From an uncultured Chlorobiaceae bacterium (lineage in GTDB: Bacteria > Bacteroidota > Chlorobiia > Chlorobiales > Chlorobiaceae), in the NCBI GenBank assembly GCA_903928225.1, contig CAIYPU010000130.1:1536-65535 (forward strand): a stretch of 64,000 bases of DNA. The letters run 5' to 3'. The notes beneath the pieces are model-generated. The model was not told the origin of the DNA. It did not search any database and was given only the letters and a program-made list of their open reading frames with translations. Below, piece by piece: positions 1 through 9,630 of this stretch (position 1 is its first letter; every line of letters starts with the position of its first letter). Both the position numbers and the translations under genes were made by a program.

Positions 1-380
1 CTGAAGATCATTCTTTTCCGCCCGGTCTCGGGCAGTGCGCCAAGTTTCTCTTTCAGTTTGACAAGGCTCTGGTGGTCATCTACGAAATAGTAGTAATCAA
101 AACCCTGCTCAAGGGCCATCACCCGTTCCGCCGCACCTTTATAGCCGATCTCCTCCGAGGGAGTGAATTTCAGCTCTTCATAGAGCGCTTTTCTCACTTC
201 CCTCCTTGCGCCGCTTCCGGCGAAACCGTCGAAATAGATGGTTTTCCATTCCTGGCCCGCTCCCTGAAGAGCCAGATACTCTGCCACATAGCCTGCAAAT
301 GCATCCAGCCGCCGCGCGGCATCGATGCATTCGTTTTCTTCACGGCCTGCCGTGTTTCCGTTCAAATTATCGAAGATCAT
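1..380 (-). CDS. TcmP-like (three-Cys-motif partner family-like) protein, N-terminal part; the 3' end lies beyond the window start
   Basis: Absent from the ORF track because it runs off the window. My minus-strand translation from the ATG at 378-380 gives MIFDNLNGNTAGREENECIDAARRLDAFAGYVAEYLALQGAGQEWKTIYFDGFAGSGARRE...GAAERVMALEQGFDYYYFVDDHQSLVKLKEKL. An AAGGAAG Shine-Dalgarno sits just upstream. The YFDGFAGSG motif followed by a YYFVD block matches my memory of the TcmP family layout. Confidence 0.4.
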   Translation of the reverse strand, partial: MIFDNLNGNTAGREENECIDAARRLDAFAGYVAEYLALQGAGQEWKTIYFDGFAGSGARREVRKALYEELKFTPSEEIGYKGAAERVMALEQGFDYYYFVDDHQSLVKLKEKLGALPETGRKRMIF

Positions 381-482
381 TCTTCCTTACCTAAAGGTTG
401 AGTATTCACTACGATGCCCGTCACCATGCATCCCTGGACCCGAAAAAAGGAATTTCTCCCAACGATGCCGAGTAAGTCCGCC

Positions 483-986
483 TTAACCGGTCTTGCCTTC
501 GACCTGCGGACGGTTCTCAATATTTTCTTCCCCCTGCAGGGGCTTTTTTTCTGAGCTCATCACCAGCTTGTGCAGAATGCCGATGACCAGCAGTGCGACA
601 AGGAGAAGCCCGTAATGCCAGGTGTTGAAAACCTGCTCGGGGTCACCTCCTGCCGTGACAATCTTCACCGGCTCGACGATCAGCTGCCGCAGGAGCGTGA
701 TCATGGCAACCTCGATGAACACCGTGACATGGAAAACGCCGGTATGGACATAGTTGATTTCCGCGGAAATGAGGCTCGAAAGGGTCCAGACGATGAACAG
801 GGTGCCCAGCGCCTGGAGAAAACCATGCGCAAGGTTGCTGTGCTCTACGGACTGATAGACGGCAAAGGAAAATTCCCAGATGACCATGATGCTGGCCAGT
901 ACGAGGGCTATGGCGAGAAACGCATGGAGAATATGGTTGAAACCCTTCAGAGCGTTTAAAAGGCGCTCTTCGAAAGTTGCTATCAT
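483..986 (-). CDS. PsiE-family inner-membrane protein
   Basis: 167-aa ORF with four hydrophobic helices. The core FIVWTLSSLISAEINYV...VFIEVAMITLLRQLIV resembles the E. coli PsiE core as I remember it. Confidence 0.65.
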   Translation of the reverse strand: MIATFEERLLNALKGFNHILHAFLAIALVLASIMVIWEFSFAVYQSVEHSNLAHGFLQALGTLFIVWTLSSLISAEINYVHTGVFHVTVFIEVAMITLLRQLIVEPVKIVTAGGDPEQVFNTWHYGLLLVALLVIGILHKLVMSSEKKPLQGEENIENRPQVEGKTG

Positions 987-1139
987 TTCGGTTACTGAAT
1001 ATATTGGTGAGTTATCTGTGCAACAACCGGCTGCTGTGTTTTTCAGAAAAAAACCGCTGTTTTATTGTAATCATACGTTTTTTTGTTTGCAAGACATTCT
1101 TTGTTCCCCGAACGACGCGGAAGCCATTCCATTCAGAGC

Positions 1140-1541
1140 ATGATCAGCACGTACGAAATCACGGTAGAAGTGCAGCCCGAAGATATCGACATGCTCGGGC
1201 ATGTGAGCAACATCGTCTACGTGCGCTGGATCCAGGATGCAGCAATAGCCCACTGGAGCAGGATCGCCCCGCAGGACGAACAGGATAAGCTGGCCTGGGT
1301 GGTACGGCGCCATGAAATCGATTACAGGAAACCGGCCATGCCGGGAGATACCGTGATTGTCAGGACCTGGACAGGTTCGGCCAAACGGATGGCATTCGAC
1401 AGGCACACGGAAATCCTTCGTGCATCCGACAGGAGGGTGTTCGCCCAGTCGAGGACCGTCTGGTGCCCGATCGACCGGATGAGCGGCAGGCCAACCGATG
1501 TCAGTCCTGAAATTCGTTCTCTGTTTTCCGTTTCGGATTAA
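1140..1541 (+). CDS. Acyl-CoA thioesterase, 4HBT/YbgC hot-dog fold
   Basis: The ORF runs 1083..1541, but an internal ATG at 1140 gives MISTYEITVEVQPEDIDMLGHVSNIVYVRW, the typical N-terminus and catalytic D..GHV.N motif of 4HBT thioesterases. Confidence 0.8.
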   Translation: MISTYEITVEVQPEDIDMLGHVSNIVYVRWIQDAAIAHWSRIAPQDEQDKLAWVVRRHEIDYRKPAMPGDTVIVRTWTGSAKRMAFDRHTEILRASDRRVFAQSRTVWCPIDRMSGRPTDVSPEIRSLFSVSD

Positions 1542-1681
1542 TTACCGCACACAGCGTTGGAGAGTACCTCCGGGTAATGTATATTTCCATTCAGGAAGGG
1601 TACCCCCACATGCAGACAGAGAGAGTTGCATTTTTTCTTCGCGGCGCTTTTTGATTACTATCGATCAATCTGCATGCCCTT

Positions 1682-2284
1682 ATGGATGAACACACGTTGA
1701 AACGGCTGAGTACGGGAGAGATACCCATCACCTTTTCCTCCCTGCCGGATGATGTCATCTCGGTGACCGCCATGATACTTGTCGATGCCGGGCCCGAAGA
1801 GCTCTGGACGTCGCTGACCGACTACGACAACCTGCAGCATAACCTGCCGAAGGTTTTGTCAAGCCGGCTCGTTTCGCGCGACGGCAGCGAAGTGCTGCTT
1901 GAGCAGACTGGAAAAACAGGGATTTTCATATTTGAAAAAACAGTGAACTTTCTGCTCAAAGCGCAGGAAACATACCTGAAAAGGATCGGTTTCGAGCAGG
2001 TCAGCGGGGATTTCAAAGTTTACAGGGGCGAATGGAGGATCGACAGCTTCCCTGGGACCATAGGGTCGATCCTTGTCTATAAAGCTGAAATCAAACCGGA
2101 TTTTTTCGCACCGCCCATTCTTGTCAGTTTCGTTCAGTACCAGGACCTTCCCGGAATACTGAAGGCACACAAAGAGCGGGCGGAAAAACTCAGGGACGAA
2201 AAAACAGAACAGGATAAAACCGGAGAGCCATCAGGGGCGGATCCGGAAACGAAAAGCAGTATTCCGTCAAACAATGATAACTGA
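1682..2284 (+). CDS. SRPBCC (cyclase/dehydrase, START-like) family protein, cytoplasmic paralog
   Basis: 200-aa ORF. It shares LTDYDNL...FEQVSGDFKVYRGEWRI...YKAEIKPDFFAP with the ORF at 3342..4040. Its stop overlaps the next gene by 11 nt. Confidence 0.75.
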   Translation: MDEHTLKRLSTGEIPITFSSLPDDVISVTAMILVDAGPEELWTSLTDYDNLQHNLPKVLSSRLVSRDGSEVLLEQTGKTGIFIFEKTVNFLLKAQETYLKRIGFEQVSGDFKVYRGEWRIDSFPGTIGSILVYKAEIKPDFFAPPILVSFVQYQDLPGILKAHKERAEKLRDEKTEQDKTGEPSGADPETKSSIPSNNDN

Positions 2285-3311
2285 AAAACCAGTCTGCCTT
2301 ACCGGAGCATCCGGGTTCATCGCGGCGCATATCCTCAGGGAGCTTCTTGCAAACGGCTACAGGGTACGGGGCACCGTGAGGAAAAAACCCGAAAATTACC
2401 CCTATCTCCTCTCCCTGCCGGGAGCGGCCGAACGCCTGGAACTTGTGAACGCGGACCTGCTTGCTGACGGATCGTTCGACAAAGCGGTTGAAGGATGCGA
2501 ATATGTGATTCATACGGCCAGCCCCTTCGAGATCAATGTAAAGGATCCCCAGACTGACCTCGTGGATCCAGCCGTGAATGGAACGGAAACGCTCATGGAA
2601 AGTTGCCGGAAAGCCGGAAGCGTCAGAAGGGTCGTACTGACCTCGTCGATCGCGGCAATAACCGACGAGCCGGAAAACAACAAGGTATACACGGGAAACG
2701 ACTGGAATACGATGTCATCCCTCGAACGCAATCCCTATTATTATTCAAAGACTCTTGCGGAGCGGGCAGCATGGGATTTCATCATGCAGAAGCGCCCTGG
2801 CTATGACCTCGTTGCCCTCAATCCGCCCCTTGTTCTGGGCCCGTCCCTCAGTCCGGCACTGAATACAAGCAAGCTGATGATCAGGGATATCATGACTGGT
2901 GAATATCCTGCAATCATGGACCTGAACTGGGGCTTTACCGATGTCAGGGATGTCGCGAAGATCCATCGCCTCGCCATGGAAAACAGAAACGCTTCCGGAC
3001 GTTATCTCTGCACCGCAGGAACACTTCACATGCGTGATCTTGTAGGCATGATTGCAGCGGCAGGATTTACTGGATACCGTTTACCAAAGGCCGATCTCTC
3101 GGGAAAAATCGGAACAGCGCTGATCACACTGCTATCCTACACAAAACCGAAAAATGTTGGCAAATATATCCGAACCCAGATAGGCCGAACCATGAATTGT
3201 GACATATCCAGGCTTCAACGCGATCTGGGTTGCGATTTCATGCCTCTTGAAAAAAGTGTCATCGACACCGTTGAAGACCTTGTACGTTGGGAACACCTGA
3301 AAACAACCTGA
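2274..3311 (+). CDS. NAD(P)-dependent extended SDR, dihydroflavonol-4-reductase/cinnamoyl-CoA-reductase-like
   Basis: 345-aa ORF with an N-terminal Rossmann motif (VCLTGASGFIAAHILRELLANGYRVRGTVR) and YYYSKTLAE, a YxxxK catalytic motif. Confidence 0.85.
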   Translation: MITEKPVCLTGASGFIAAHILRELLANGYRVRGTVRKKPENYPYLLSLPGAAERLELVNADLLADGSFDKAVEGCEYVIHTASPFEINVKDPQTDLVDPAVNGTETLMESCRKAGSVRRVVLTSSIAAITDEPENNKVYTGNDWNTMSSLERNPYYYSKTLAERAAWDFIMQKRPGYDLVALNPPLVLGPSLSPALNTSKLMIRDIMTGEYPAIMDLNWGFTDVRDVAKIHRLAMENRNASGRYLCTAGTLHMRDLVGMIAAAGFTGYRLPKADLSGKIGTALITLLSYTKPKNVGKYIRTQIGRTMNCDISRLQRDLGCDFMPLEKSVIDTVEDLVRWEHLKTT

Positions 3312-3341
3312 ATATTTGAGAACCTGCTACCGGGAGAATCG

Positions 3342-4040
3342 ATGAAAAAATATGCACGCTCATGTTACCGCTTTCTGTTCACACTTCTGTCAGTTGTCCT
3401 GCTTGTCCTGTCACAACCAGGCTTTGCCGTTTCCTCTACAGCCGGCCTTACGGAGGCCTCCGCAGAACAGAAAACGAAGCTGCTCAACGGCGAGGTGATC
3501 GTCGCGCTCTCCAGCCTGGGGGACGGCGTCACCGGCGTCACGGGGCATATCTATATTGCCGCCCCGCCGCAGGAGGTATGGCAGGCAATAACCGATTACG
3601 ACAACCACAAAAATTTTGTGCCGAATGTGCTCGACAGCGGCGTTCTCTCGGATAACGGCACCGAGAAAATCATGTTTGAAAAGGGAAAGAGCGGCATGTT
3701 CCTTTTCCAGAAAAAAGTTTTCGCCAAGCTGAAAGTGTGGGGAGAACGGCTGAAACACCTTCAGTTCGAGCAGTTGGAAGGAGATTTCAAGGTCTACCGG
3801 GGAGAGTGGATCCTCGACGAAAACCGCCAGGGAAAGGGAACATTCCTTACTTACAGAGCCCAGGTCAAGCCCGATTTCTTCGCCCCCCAGTTCGCGATCA
3901 GGAACGTCCAGGAACGCGATTGCCCCCTCATGATGCTTGCCATGAAAAAACAGGCTGAAGCCCTGGCACAGCAACTGCGCGAAAAGGCACTGCCGCTGAC
4001 GGGATCGCAGAAAACCCGGACCGGAACGAATCAGAGCTGA
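3342..4040 (+). CDS. SRPBCC (cyclase/dehydrase) family protein with N-terminal signal peptide, secreted paralog
   Basis: 232-aa ORF with signal-like MKKYARSCYRFLFTLLSVVLLVLSQPGFA. It shares ITDYDNH...FEQLEGDFKVYRGEWIL...YRAQVKPDFFAP with the ORF at 1682..2284. Confidence 0.75.
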   Translation: MKKYARSCYRFLFTLLSVVLLVLSQPGFAVSSTAGLTEASAEQKTKLLNGEVIVALSSLGDGVTGVTGHIYIAAPPQEVWQAITDYDNHKNFVPNVLDSGVLSDNGTEKIMFEKGKSGMFLFQKKVFAKLKVWGERLKHLQFEQLEGDFKVYRGEWILDENRQGKGTFLTYRAQVKPDFFAPQFAIRNVQERDCPLMMLAMKKQAEALAQQLREKALPLTGSQKTRTGTNQS

Positions 4041-5080
4041 AATACATGCCCCTCTTTTCTCCGGGTGGCACAGGTCAGTGGGAGCCCCTGAAACAGCTCC
4101 CTGTCGCTGTTTACTCTTGAATCCTGTACGTTCCTGCGTTTGCCGAGTATCGTTGCCCTGTTCCTGAAATTGTGCATTGCCGCCCGGAACACCGCGTTTG
4201 ATTTTTTCAGCGCGTCCGGGTATTGGGTGAGGTAGAATACTGCCGCAGCGACCTCGAGCGCCATCCGCAGCGGCATGCTCCACAAAAGCCCTGCGAGGCC
4301 CCGGTTTTTCAGGACCATGGCAATATTGTTCCTGTGGTTCAGGTAGATTTTTTCTGCGGAACCGGCCGAAAGTGAAGCGCCCCCTTCATGCCAGACGACC
4401 GATGAGGGAACCGAACGCACGCGGTACCCGGCAAGCTTCATCCTCCAGCAGAGATCGATTTCCTCCATGTGCATGAAAAAATCCTCGTCGAAACCGCCGA
4501 ACTTCAGGGCGACATCCCTTTTCACCAGCATGGCGACTCCGGAAGCCCAGAAAATTTCACGTTCCGTATCGTACTGGCCGCAGTCCTCCTCCTGCGAGGA
4601 AAAGACGCGCCCAAGGCACCAGGGATATCCGAGCCGGTCGATCATACCGCCGGCCGCCCCGGCGTAATCGAAAACTTTCTTCCCTTTCGCCGCGGCCCTC
4701 ATCGAGAGGATCCTGGGCTGGAACGCCGCAGCGCCCGGGTTCCTGAACGCTGCATCAGCAAGCATTCGGAGCCATAACGGGTCATGGACGGTATCGTCGT
4801 TCATGAAAAGGACATAGTCGGCAGATGAAAGCCTGAGCGCTTCATTGCACCCTCCCGCATAGCCCTTGTTCTCCTGAAGGCTGAGAAGCTTCGCGTTGCG
4901 GTACCGTTTCACCATGAAAACAAGCCCTGCCTTCTTGCCGCAGTTGTCGACAACGGTGATGCTCATCGAAGGATAGTCGGTTTTTTCGAGCGATTCGAGG
5001 CAGCGCTCCAGCATGTCATGCCGCTGAAAATGCGGAATGATGATCTCGATGGATGGATATAGCTCCAGCGGAGTCTCCAT
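4031..5080 (-). CDS. Family 2 glycosyltransferase (rhamnosyltransferase-like)
   Basis: 349-aa ORF with IIIPHFQRHDMLERCLESL, VVDN, FMNDD (DxD region) and EEIDLCWR motifs typical of GT2. Confidence 0.85.
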   Translation of the reverse strand: METPLELYPSIEIIIPHFQRHDMLERCLESLEKTDYPSMSITVVDNCGKKAGLVFMVKRYRNAKLLSLQENKGYAGGCNEALRLSSADYVLFMNDDTVHDPLWLRMLADAAFRNPGAAAFQPRILSMRAAAKGKKVFDYAGAAGGMIDRLGYPWCLGRVFSSQEEDCGQYDTEREIFWASGVAMLVKRDVALKFGGFDEDFFMHMEEIDLCWRMKLAGYRVRSVPSSVVWHEGGASLSAGSAEKIYLNHRNNIAMVLKNRGLAGLLWSMPLRMALEVAAAVFYLTQYPDALKKSNAVFRAAMHNFRNRATILGKRRNVQDSRVNSDRELFQGLPLTCATRRKEGHVFQL

Positions 5081-5092
5081 GGGGCGACCGTA

Positions 5093-5887
5093 TCAGCGGA
5101 GCGATTTCCAGAACTCCCCGGCAAGGCGGGCGCACTCGTCCGGTGCATTGCATCCGGCAATGTGCTGCAGGAGCGCCGTGCCCACCACGGCACCGTCCGC
5201 CAGGCCCCACATGTGCTCGACGCGGGTCTTGTCCTTGATTCCGAAACCGACGACGAACTTCTTCTTCGTATGCTGCCGCACTCTTTTCAGGTAATCGTCC
5301 ACCGCGACGCCATCGGTAAGCTTCGAGGTGCCGGTTGTCGCATTGACGGCAAGGCAGTATGAAAAATCGGTTGAAAGGCTGTCGATGAGCTCGATCCGTT
5401 CAGGAGGGGTGACCGGTGAAATGAGCAGCACCATCGAAAGGCCGGCTTCCCGTGCCATTTCGCGGTAATCCTCGATCTCTTCAGGAGGCAGGTCGGGAAT
5501 GAGCAGACCATCCACACCGGCTTCGACCGCATCGCTCAGGAAACATTCTCCGCCGTAAGCGAAAAGAGGGTTGCTGTATCCCATCAGGATGATCGGAACC
5601 GTTATTTTCCGGCATCCAACACCGTTCCTTGCCCTGCGAACCGTTTCGAGCAGATTTTTGAGGGTGACGCCGTTCCGTATGGCTACATGGGCGGCTTCCT
5701 GGATGACCGGTCCGTCACCTACGGGATCGGAGAAGGGAATGCCGAGCTCGATGATATCCGCACCGTTTTCCTGGAGCGCTTCGAGCACCGGGAGCGTCGC
5801 CCCCTCGACGGGGTATTCCGGCATGTAGTAGGCAAGAAGCAGCTTTTTATCCTGCTTCAGCAGTTTTGTTATTCTGTTTTCAGGCAT
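5093..5887 (-). CDS. trpA: Tryptophan synthase alpha chain
   Basis: 264-aa ORF with YYMPEYP...ADIIELGIPFSDPVGDGPVIQ...GFGI, the hallmark TrpA motifs. Confidence 0.92.
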   Translation of the reverse strand: MPENRITKLLKQDKKLLLAYYMPEYPVEGATLPVLEALQENGADIIELGIPFSDPVGDGPVIQEAAHVAIRNGVTLKNLLETVRRARNGVGCRKITVPIILMGYSNPLFAYGGECFLSDAVEAGVDGLLIPDLPPEEIEDYREMAREAGLSMVLLISPVTPPERIELIDSLSTDFSYCLAVNATTGTSKLTDGVAVDDYLKRVRQHTKKKFVVGFGIKDKTRVEHMWGLADGAVVGTALLQHIAGCNAPDECARLAGEFWKSLR

Positions 5888-5902
5888 ATCGTCGGAATTC
5901 GG

Positions 5903-6589
5903 TCAGAACTTGAGGTTCGGGATAAGAAAAACGTCGAGTATCATGGAAACCATGGTGATCATGTGCACCAGCACGCTTCCCCAGACGTTGCGCGTTTTGA
6001 GGACAAGGTAACCGCCGAAAATGCCGATCGGGAAAGCCATCATGGCCATCAGGGCGCGTTCTTTCATACCGACGGGAGCCACGGCGAAATGGTTCACGAC
6101 ATAGAAAAATGCGGTGAGGAATACCGTGAGATGCCTGTTGAAACCTCGCTCGATCATCGCGGAAAACATGATGCCGCGCCAGAGGAATTCCTCGGCCAGG
6201 ACAAGCAGCGGAAAAAGATAGAGCAGAGACATATTGACCAGGATGAACTGCATGCCGACCATCGGTGCGCCGCCGTTCTTGTAGTACATCACGGTATTGA
6301 AAATATCCATGAGGAAGAGAATGCCGCCCGCAACACCGCCCCAGAGGAGCGACTTGCGCAAGTCTCCACCAGCAAGGTACATTTCCTGCCACTCACCTTT
6401 GCTTTTGCCCCTGTAGAGCACGAGGCCGAGCGAGCCGAGCAGGTAGATGAAAAGGGCTGGCCACTCGCCAAGCGGTGTAAAATGACCGACAAGTCCGACC
6501 GTCCAGATAAGGGCCATGAGGCCGAACGACTGGTTGAATCTCTCGGAAAGGGTATCCGGACCGGATGATTGCACTTTTACAGGTTTCAT
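5903..6589 (-). CDS. CPBP-family intramembrane glutamic endopeptidase (CAAX protease/Abi family)
   Basis: 228-aa polytopic membrane ORF with AEEFLWRG (EExxxR), FYVVNH (FxxxH) and VLVHMITM motifs. Confidence 0.8.
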   Translation of the reverse strand: MKPVKVQSSGPDTLSERFNQSFGLMALIWTVGLVGHFTPLGEWPALFIYLLGSLGLVLYRGKSKGEWQEMYLAGGDLRKSLLWGGVAGGILFLMDIFNTVMYYKNGGAPMVGMQFILVNMSLLYLFPLLVLAEEFLWRGIMFSAMIERGFNRHLTVFLTAFFYVVNHFAVAPVGMKERALMAMMAFPIGIFGGYLVLKTRNVWGSVLVHMITMVSMILDVFLIPNLKF

Positions 6590-6644
6590 GACTGAAAATG
6601 TTAGGAAGTTGGTACAGCCTTTTTATTCTCTGTAATACAATAAC

Positions 6645-7328
6645 TTAAATATACCGGGGACGCTCTTCATATTCAATGGGGTCTTCGATGCCGAGCTGTG
6701 CGAAAGCCCTGAGCCTGCGTGCGCAACTGTCGCAGACGCCACACGCCCTTCCCTCGCTTTTGTAGCACGACCAGCTGAAATCGAACGGCACCCCGAGTTC
6801 CATGCCTTTTCGGACAATTTCCGATTTCTGCATTCCAATGAGCGGCGTGACGATCTCGATATGCGTTTCAGGTCTCGTTCCAAGCTCGATCACGGTATTG
6901 AAGGCGTCATAGAACACTTTCCTGCAGTCGGGATATCCCGAGGAATCCTCCTCGACCGCGCCGATAAATATTTTACCCGCCCCGATCACCTCCGACCAGC
7001 TCACGGCCATCGAAAGGAAAAGAGCGTTTCGGAACGGAACATAACTTGTCGGAATGGATGAGCCGTGAAGATCGGGCCCGCTCACCGGCATGGAATGATC
7101 GGTAAGCGAAGAACCTCCTATTCGGGACAGGAAGGGCGCATCGACTTCAAGGCTCTCTGCGATGCCGAAATGCCGGCAGATCGACCGGAACGATTCGAGC
7201 TCCTTCTGCCAGGTCCGCTGTCCGTAATTGATATGCATGGCCGCAGGCACGAAACCCTGTTCAAGGGCGATAGCCGCAGTGACCAGGCTGTCCATTCCAC
7301 CGCTGAGAAGGATGACGGCTTTCATCAT
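6645..7328 (-). CDS. queC: 7-cyano-7-deazaguanine synthase
   Basis: The ORF runs 6645..7466, but its N-terminal extension would overlap the groEL terminator. The internal ATG at 7328 gives [14 protein letters not shown] (PP-loop SGGxDS). The C-terminal [10 protein letters not shown] zinc motif is present. Confidence 0.9.
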   Translation of the reverse strand: MMKAVILLSGGMDSLVTAAIALEQGFVPAAMHINYGQRTWQKELESFRSICRHFGIAESLEVDAPFLSRIGGSSLTDHSMPVSGPDLHGSSIPTSYVPFRNALFLSMAVSWSEVIGAGKIFIGAVEEDSSGYPDCRKVFYDAFNTVIELGTRPETHIEIVTPLIGMQKSEIVRKGMELGVPFDFSWSCYKSEGRACGVCDSCARRLRAFAQLGIEDPIEYEERPRYI

Positions 7329-7399
7329 ATGCTGCAGATAAGCAAAGGCTTCAGGAAAATTTCCTGTAAGGTATGAAATTCTTTTGTCATGGAGAGTTG

Positions 7400-7436
7400 A
7401 AAAAAAAAGCCACCCCGGGAGTTCCGGGATGGCTTT
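7400..7436 (-). terminator. Rho-independent terminator downstream of groEL
   Basis: Minus strand reads AAGCCATCCCGGAACTCCCGGGGTGGCTTTTTTTTT, a GC-rich hairpin followed by a T9 run. Confidence 0.75.
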
Positions 7437-7462
7437 GCTTATGCCGGGTGAGGGCCTGCGGA

Positions 7463-9106
7463 TCAATACATGCCGCCCATTCCACCCATACCGCCCGGAG
7501 GCATTGCCGGCATCTCGGGTTTGTCTTCCTTGATGTCGGTGATTGCTGCTTCGGTAGTGAGCAGGATGCTGGCAACCGATGCGGCGTTCTCGAGGGCGCT
7601 CCTGGTGACTTTGGTCGGATCGACGACACCGGCCTCGACCAGGTTCTCGTACTGCTCGGTCCTGGCGTTGAAACCGAAATCGCCCGTACCTGCCTTCACT
7701 TTCTCGAGCACGACTGCGCCATCGGTGGTGCCGGTGTTGGCAACAATCTGGCGGAGCGGTTCTTCGAGGGCACGGCGGATGATATCGATGCCGGTCTTCT
7801 GGTCTTCGTTGTCAGCAGCCGCATTGGCAAGGCCTCTGGCAGCGCGGATCAGCGCTACGCCGCCACCTACCACGATACCTTCCTGGACGGCAGCGCGGGT
7901 AGCATGCAGCGCGTCTTCGACGCGTGCTTTCTTCTCTTTCATCTCGACTTCAGTCGATGCGCCGATGTTAAGTACGGCAACACCGCCGGAAAGTTTCGCA
8001 AGTCGCTCCTGCAGTTTTTCAGTGTCGTAGTCGGAAGTGGATTTCTCGACCTGGCCTTTGATTTCGTTGATGCGGGCTTTGATCTCTTCCTGCTTGCCCC
8101 TGCCTTCGACGATGGTGGAGTTGTCCTTGTCGACCGTAACACGGCCGGCCTGGCCGAGGTAGGCGAGTGTTGCATTTTCGAGCTTGTAGCCTTTCTCTTC
8201 GGAGATCACGGTGCCGCCGGTAAGGATGGCGATATCTTCCAGCATGGCTTTGCGGCGGTCGCCGAAGCCCGGGGCTTTCACCGCACAGACTTTCAGGGTG
8301 CCCCTCAGCTTGTTGACGACGAGGGTCGCGAGCGCTTCACCTTCGATGTCCTCGGAGATGATGAGCAGCGGACGGCCGGTCTGGGCTGCTTTTTCGAGGA
8401 TCGGGAGCAGCTCTTTCATGTTGCTGATCTTCTTGTCGTGGATCAGGAGCAGGGGCTCTTCGAGCTCGGCTTCCATGGTTTCCGGATTGGTGACGAAGTA
8501 CGGTGAAAGGTAACCGCGGTCGAACTGCATACCTTCTACGACTTTCAGTTCGGTATCCATACCTTTCGCCTCTTCGACGGTGATGACGCCGTCCTTGCCG
8601 ACCTTGTCCATCGCCTCGGCAATCAGTTCTCCGATTTCAGGATCGTTGTTGGCGGAAATGGTGCCGACCTGTGCGATCTCTTTCTTGCCGGATATGGAGC
8701 GGCTGATGTTGCGCAGTTCAGCGACAACCTCTTTCACGGCACGGTCGATCCCCCTTTTCAAATCGATCGGGCGTGCGCCTGCGGCAACATTCTTCAGGCC
8801 TTCACGGTAGATGGCCTGTGCGAGCACGGTTGCGGTGGTGGTTCCGTCACCGGCGACATCGCTGGTTTTGGAAGCGACCTCGCGGACCATCTGTGCGCCC
8901 ATGTTCTCGAAAGGATCGGCAAGTTCGATCTCCTTGGCAACGGTAACGCCGTCCTTGGTCGAGGTAGGTGCGCCGAATTTTTTATCGATGAGCACGTTGC
9001 GGCCGGCAGGGCCGAGGGTCACTTTAACGGCGTTGGCGAGCTTGTCTACGCCACCTTTGAGCCTGCCCCTGGCATCGGCATCAAAAAGAATATCTTTTGC
9101 AGTCAT
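7463..9106 (-). CDS. groL: Chaperonin GroEL (Cpn60)
   Basis: 547-aa ORF with [23 protein letters not shown] and a C-terminal [10 protein letters not shown] tail. Confidence 0.98.
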   Translation of the reverse strand: MTAKDILFDADARGRLKGGVDKLANAVKVTLGPAGRNVLIDKKFGAPTSTKDGVTVAKEIELADPFENMGAQMVREVASKTSDVAGDGTTTATVLAQAIYREGLKNVAAGARPIDLKRGIDRAVKEVVAELRNISRSISGKKEIAQVGTISANNDPEIGELIAEAMDKVGKDGVITVEEAKGMDTELKVVEGMQFDRGYLSPYFVTNPETMEAELEEPLLLIHDKKISNMKELLPILEKAAQTGRPLLIISEDIEGEALATLVVNKLRGTLKVCAVKAPGFGDRRKAMLEDIAILTGGTVISEEKGYKLENATLAYLGQAGRVTVDKDNSTIVEGRGKQEEIKARINEIKGQVEKSTSDYDTEKLQERLAKLSGGVAVLNIGASTEVEMKEKKARVEDALHATRAAVQEGIVVGGGVALIRAARGLANAAADNEDQKTGIDIIRRALEEPLRQIVANTGTTDGAVVLEKVKAGTGDFGFNARTEQYENLVEAGVVDPTKVTRSALENAASVASILLTTEAAITDIKEDKPEMPAMPPGGMGGMGGMY

Positions 9107-9152
9107 TGTAATGCTTTCCTCCTGTAGGATTGTTTAAGGTGTTGTTCGGGTT

Positions 9153-9440
9153 TCAGCCAAGGATGGCGAAAATGTCGGATTCGCGCATGATAAGGTAATC
9201 CTCGCCTTCGACGGTCACTTCGGTGCCGGAATATTTGCCGTAAAGGACTTTCTGGCCTGGTTTGACCTGCACTTCGATCACCTGGCCGTTGTCGGCAACC
9301 TTGCCGGTCCCGACAGCGACGACTTCGCCGTACTGCGGTTTTTCTTTGCCGGTATCGGGGATATACAGACCGCCTTTGGTTTTTTCCTCTGCCGGTGCTG
9401 GCTTAACAATAACTCGATCAGCTAAGGGTTTCAAGTTCAT
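9153..9440 (-). CDS. groS: Co-chaperonin GroES (Cpn10)
   Basis: 95-aa ORF: [29 protein letters not shown]... It lies 46 nt upstream of groEL. Confidence 0.97.
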   Translation of the reverse strand: MNLKPLADRVIVKPAPAEEKTKGGLYIPDTGKEKPQYGEVVAVGTGKVADNGQVIEVQVKPGQKVLYGKYSGTEVTVEGEDYLIMRESDIFAILG

Positions 9441-9512
9441 TGTCTTCTCGTGTTTGGGTTTTAGATTAAGGTACTGTGCTATCGTCTGGAAAAATGGGAA
9501 CTCGATTCATTA

Positions 9513-9539
9513 TTAGCACTCGAATGAGTCGAGTGCTAA
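9513..9539 (-). promoter_or_regulatory. CIRCE operator (HrcA binding site) upstream of groES
   Basis: TTAGCACTC-gaatgagtc-GAGTGCTAA is a perfect match to the CIRCE consensus TTAGCACTC-N9-GAGTGCTAA. It lies 73 nt upstream of the groES ATG. Confidence 0.92.
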
Positions 9540-9630
9540 TAAAACCATCTAATAATAGAAAAAAATCGCGCTCTGCCAAAATATTTTCAATTTGCGGAAA
9601 GCGAAAAATATCACTCCTGAAAAAAATTTT

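Noticed and set aside
7329-7462. I looked for a preQ1 riboswitch upstream of queC.
   Set aside because: The spacer contains the groEL terminator and a simple hairpin (CAGGAAA-tt-TTCCTG). It has no A-rich tail or CTA element resembling the preQ1-I or preQ1-II aptamers.
6645-7466. N-terminal extensions offered by the ORF track for queC, trpB (17080), icd (27830), purH (56140), pdxJ (43468), mlaD (48446), mutS2 (43050), the DinB gene (57185), the DUF1566 gene (53879), the CrtU-like gene (52627) and the amylase gene (35253).
   Set aside because: In each case the family-typical N-terminus begins at an internal Met. The extension overlaps a neighbouring gene or terminator, or has non-protein-like sequence. 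Trimmed starts are reported instead.
7373-8506. 377-aa plus-strand ORF opposite groEL. Similar long antisense ORFs occur at 3411-4283, 5687-6568, 11595-12635, 17122-17961, 25440-26528, 26604-27287, 29197-30072, 31202-32824, 34162-35205, 35322-36797, 37617-39587, 41210-41899, 42181-42909 and 55409-55987.
   Set aside because: Each lies entirely antisense to a gene with unmistakable family motifs. Their translations are low-complexity (Arg/Gly/Ala/Asp-rich) with no recognisable domains. These are classic shadow ORFs of a moderately GC-rich genome.
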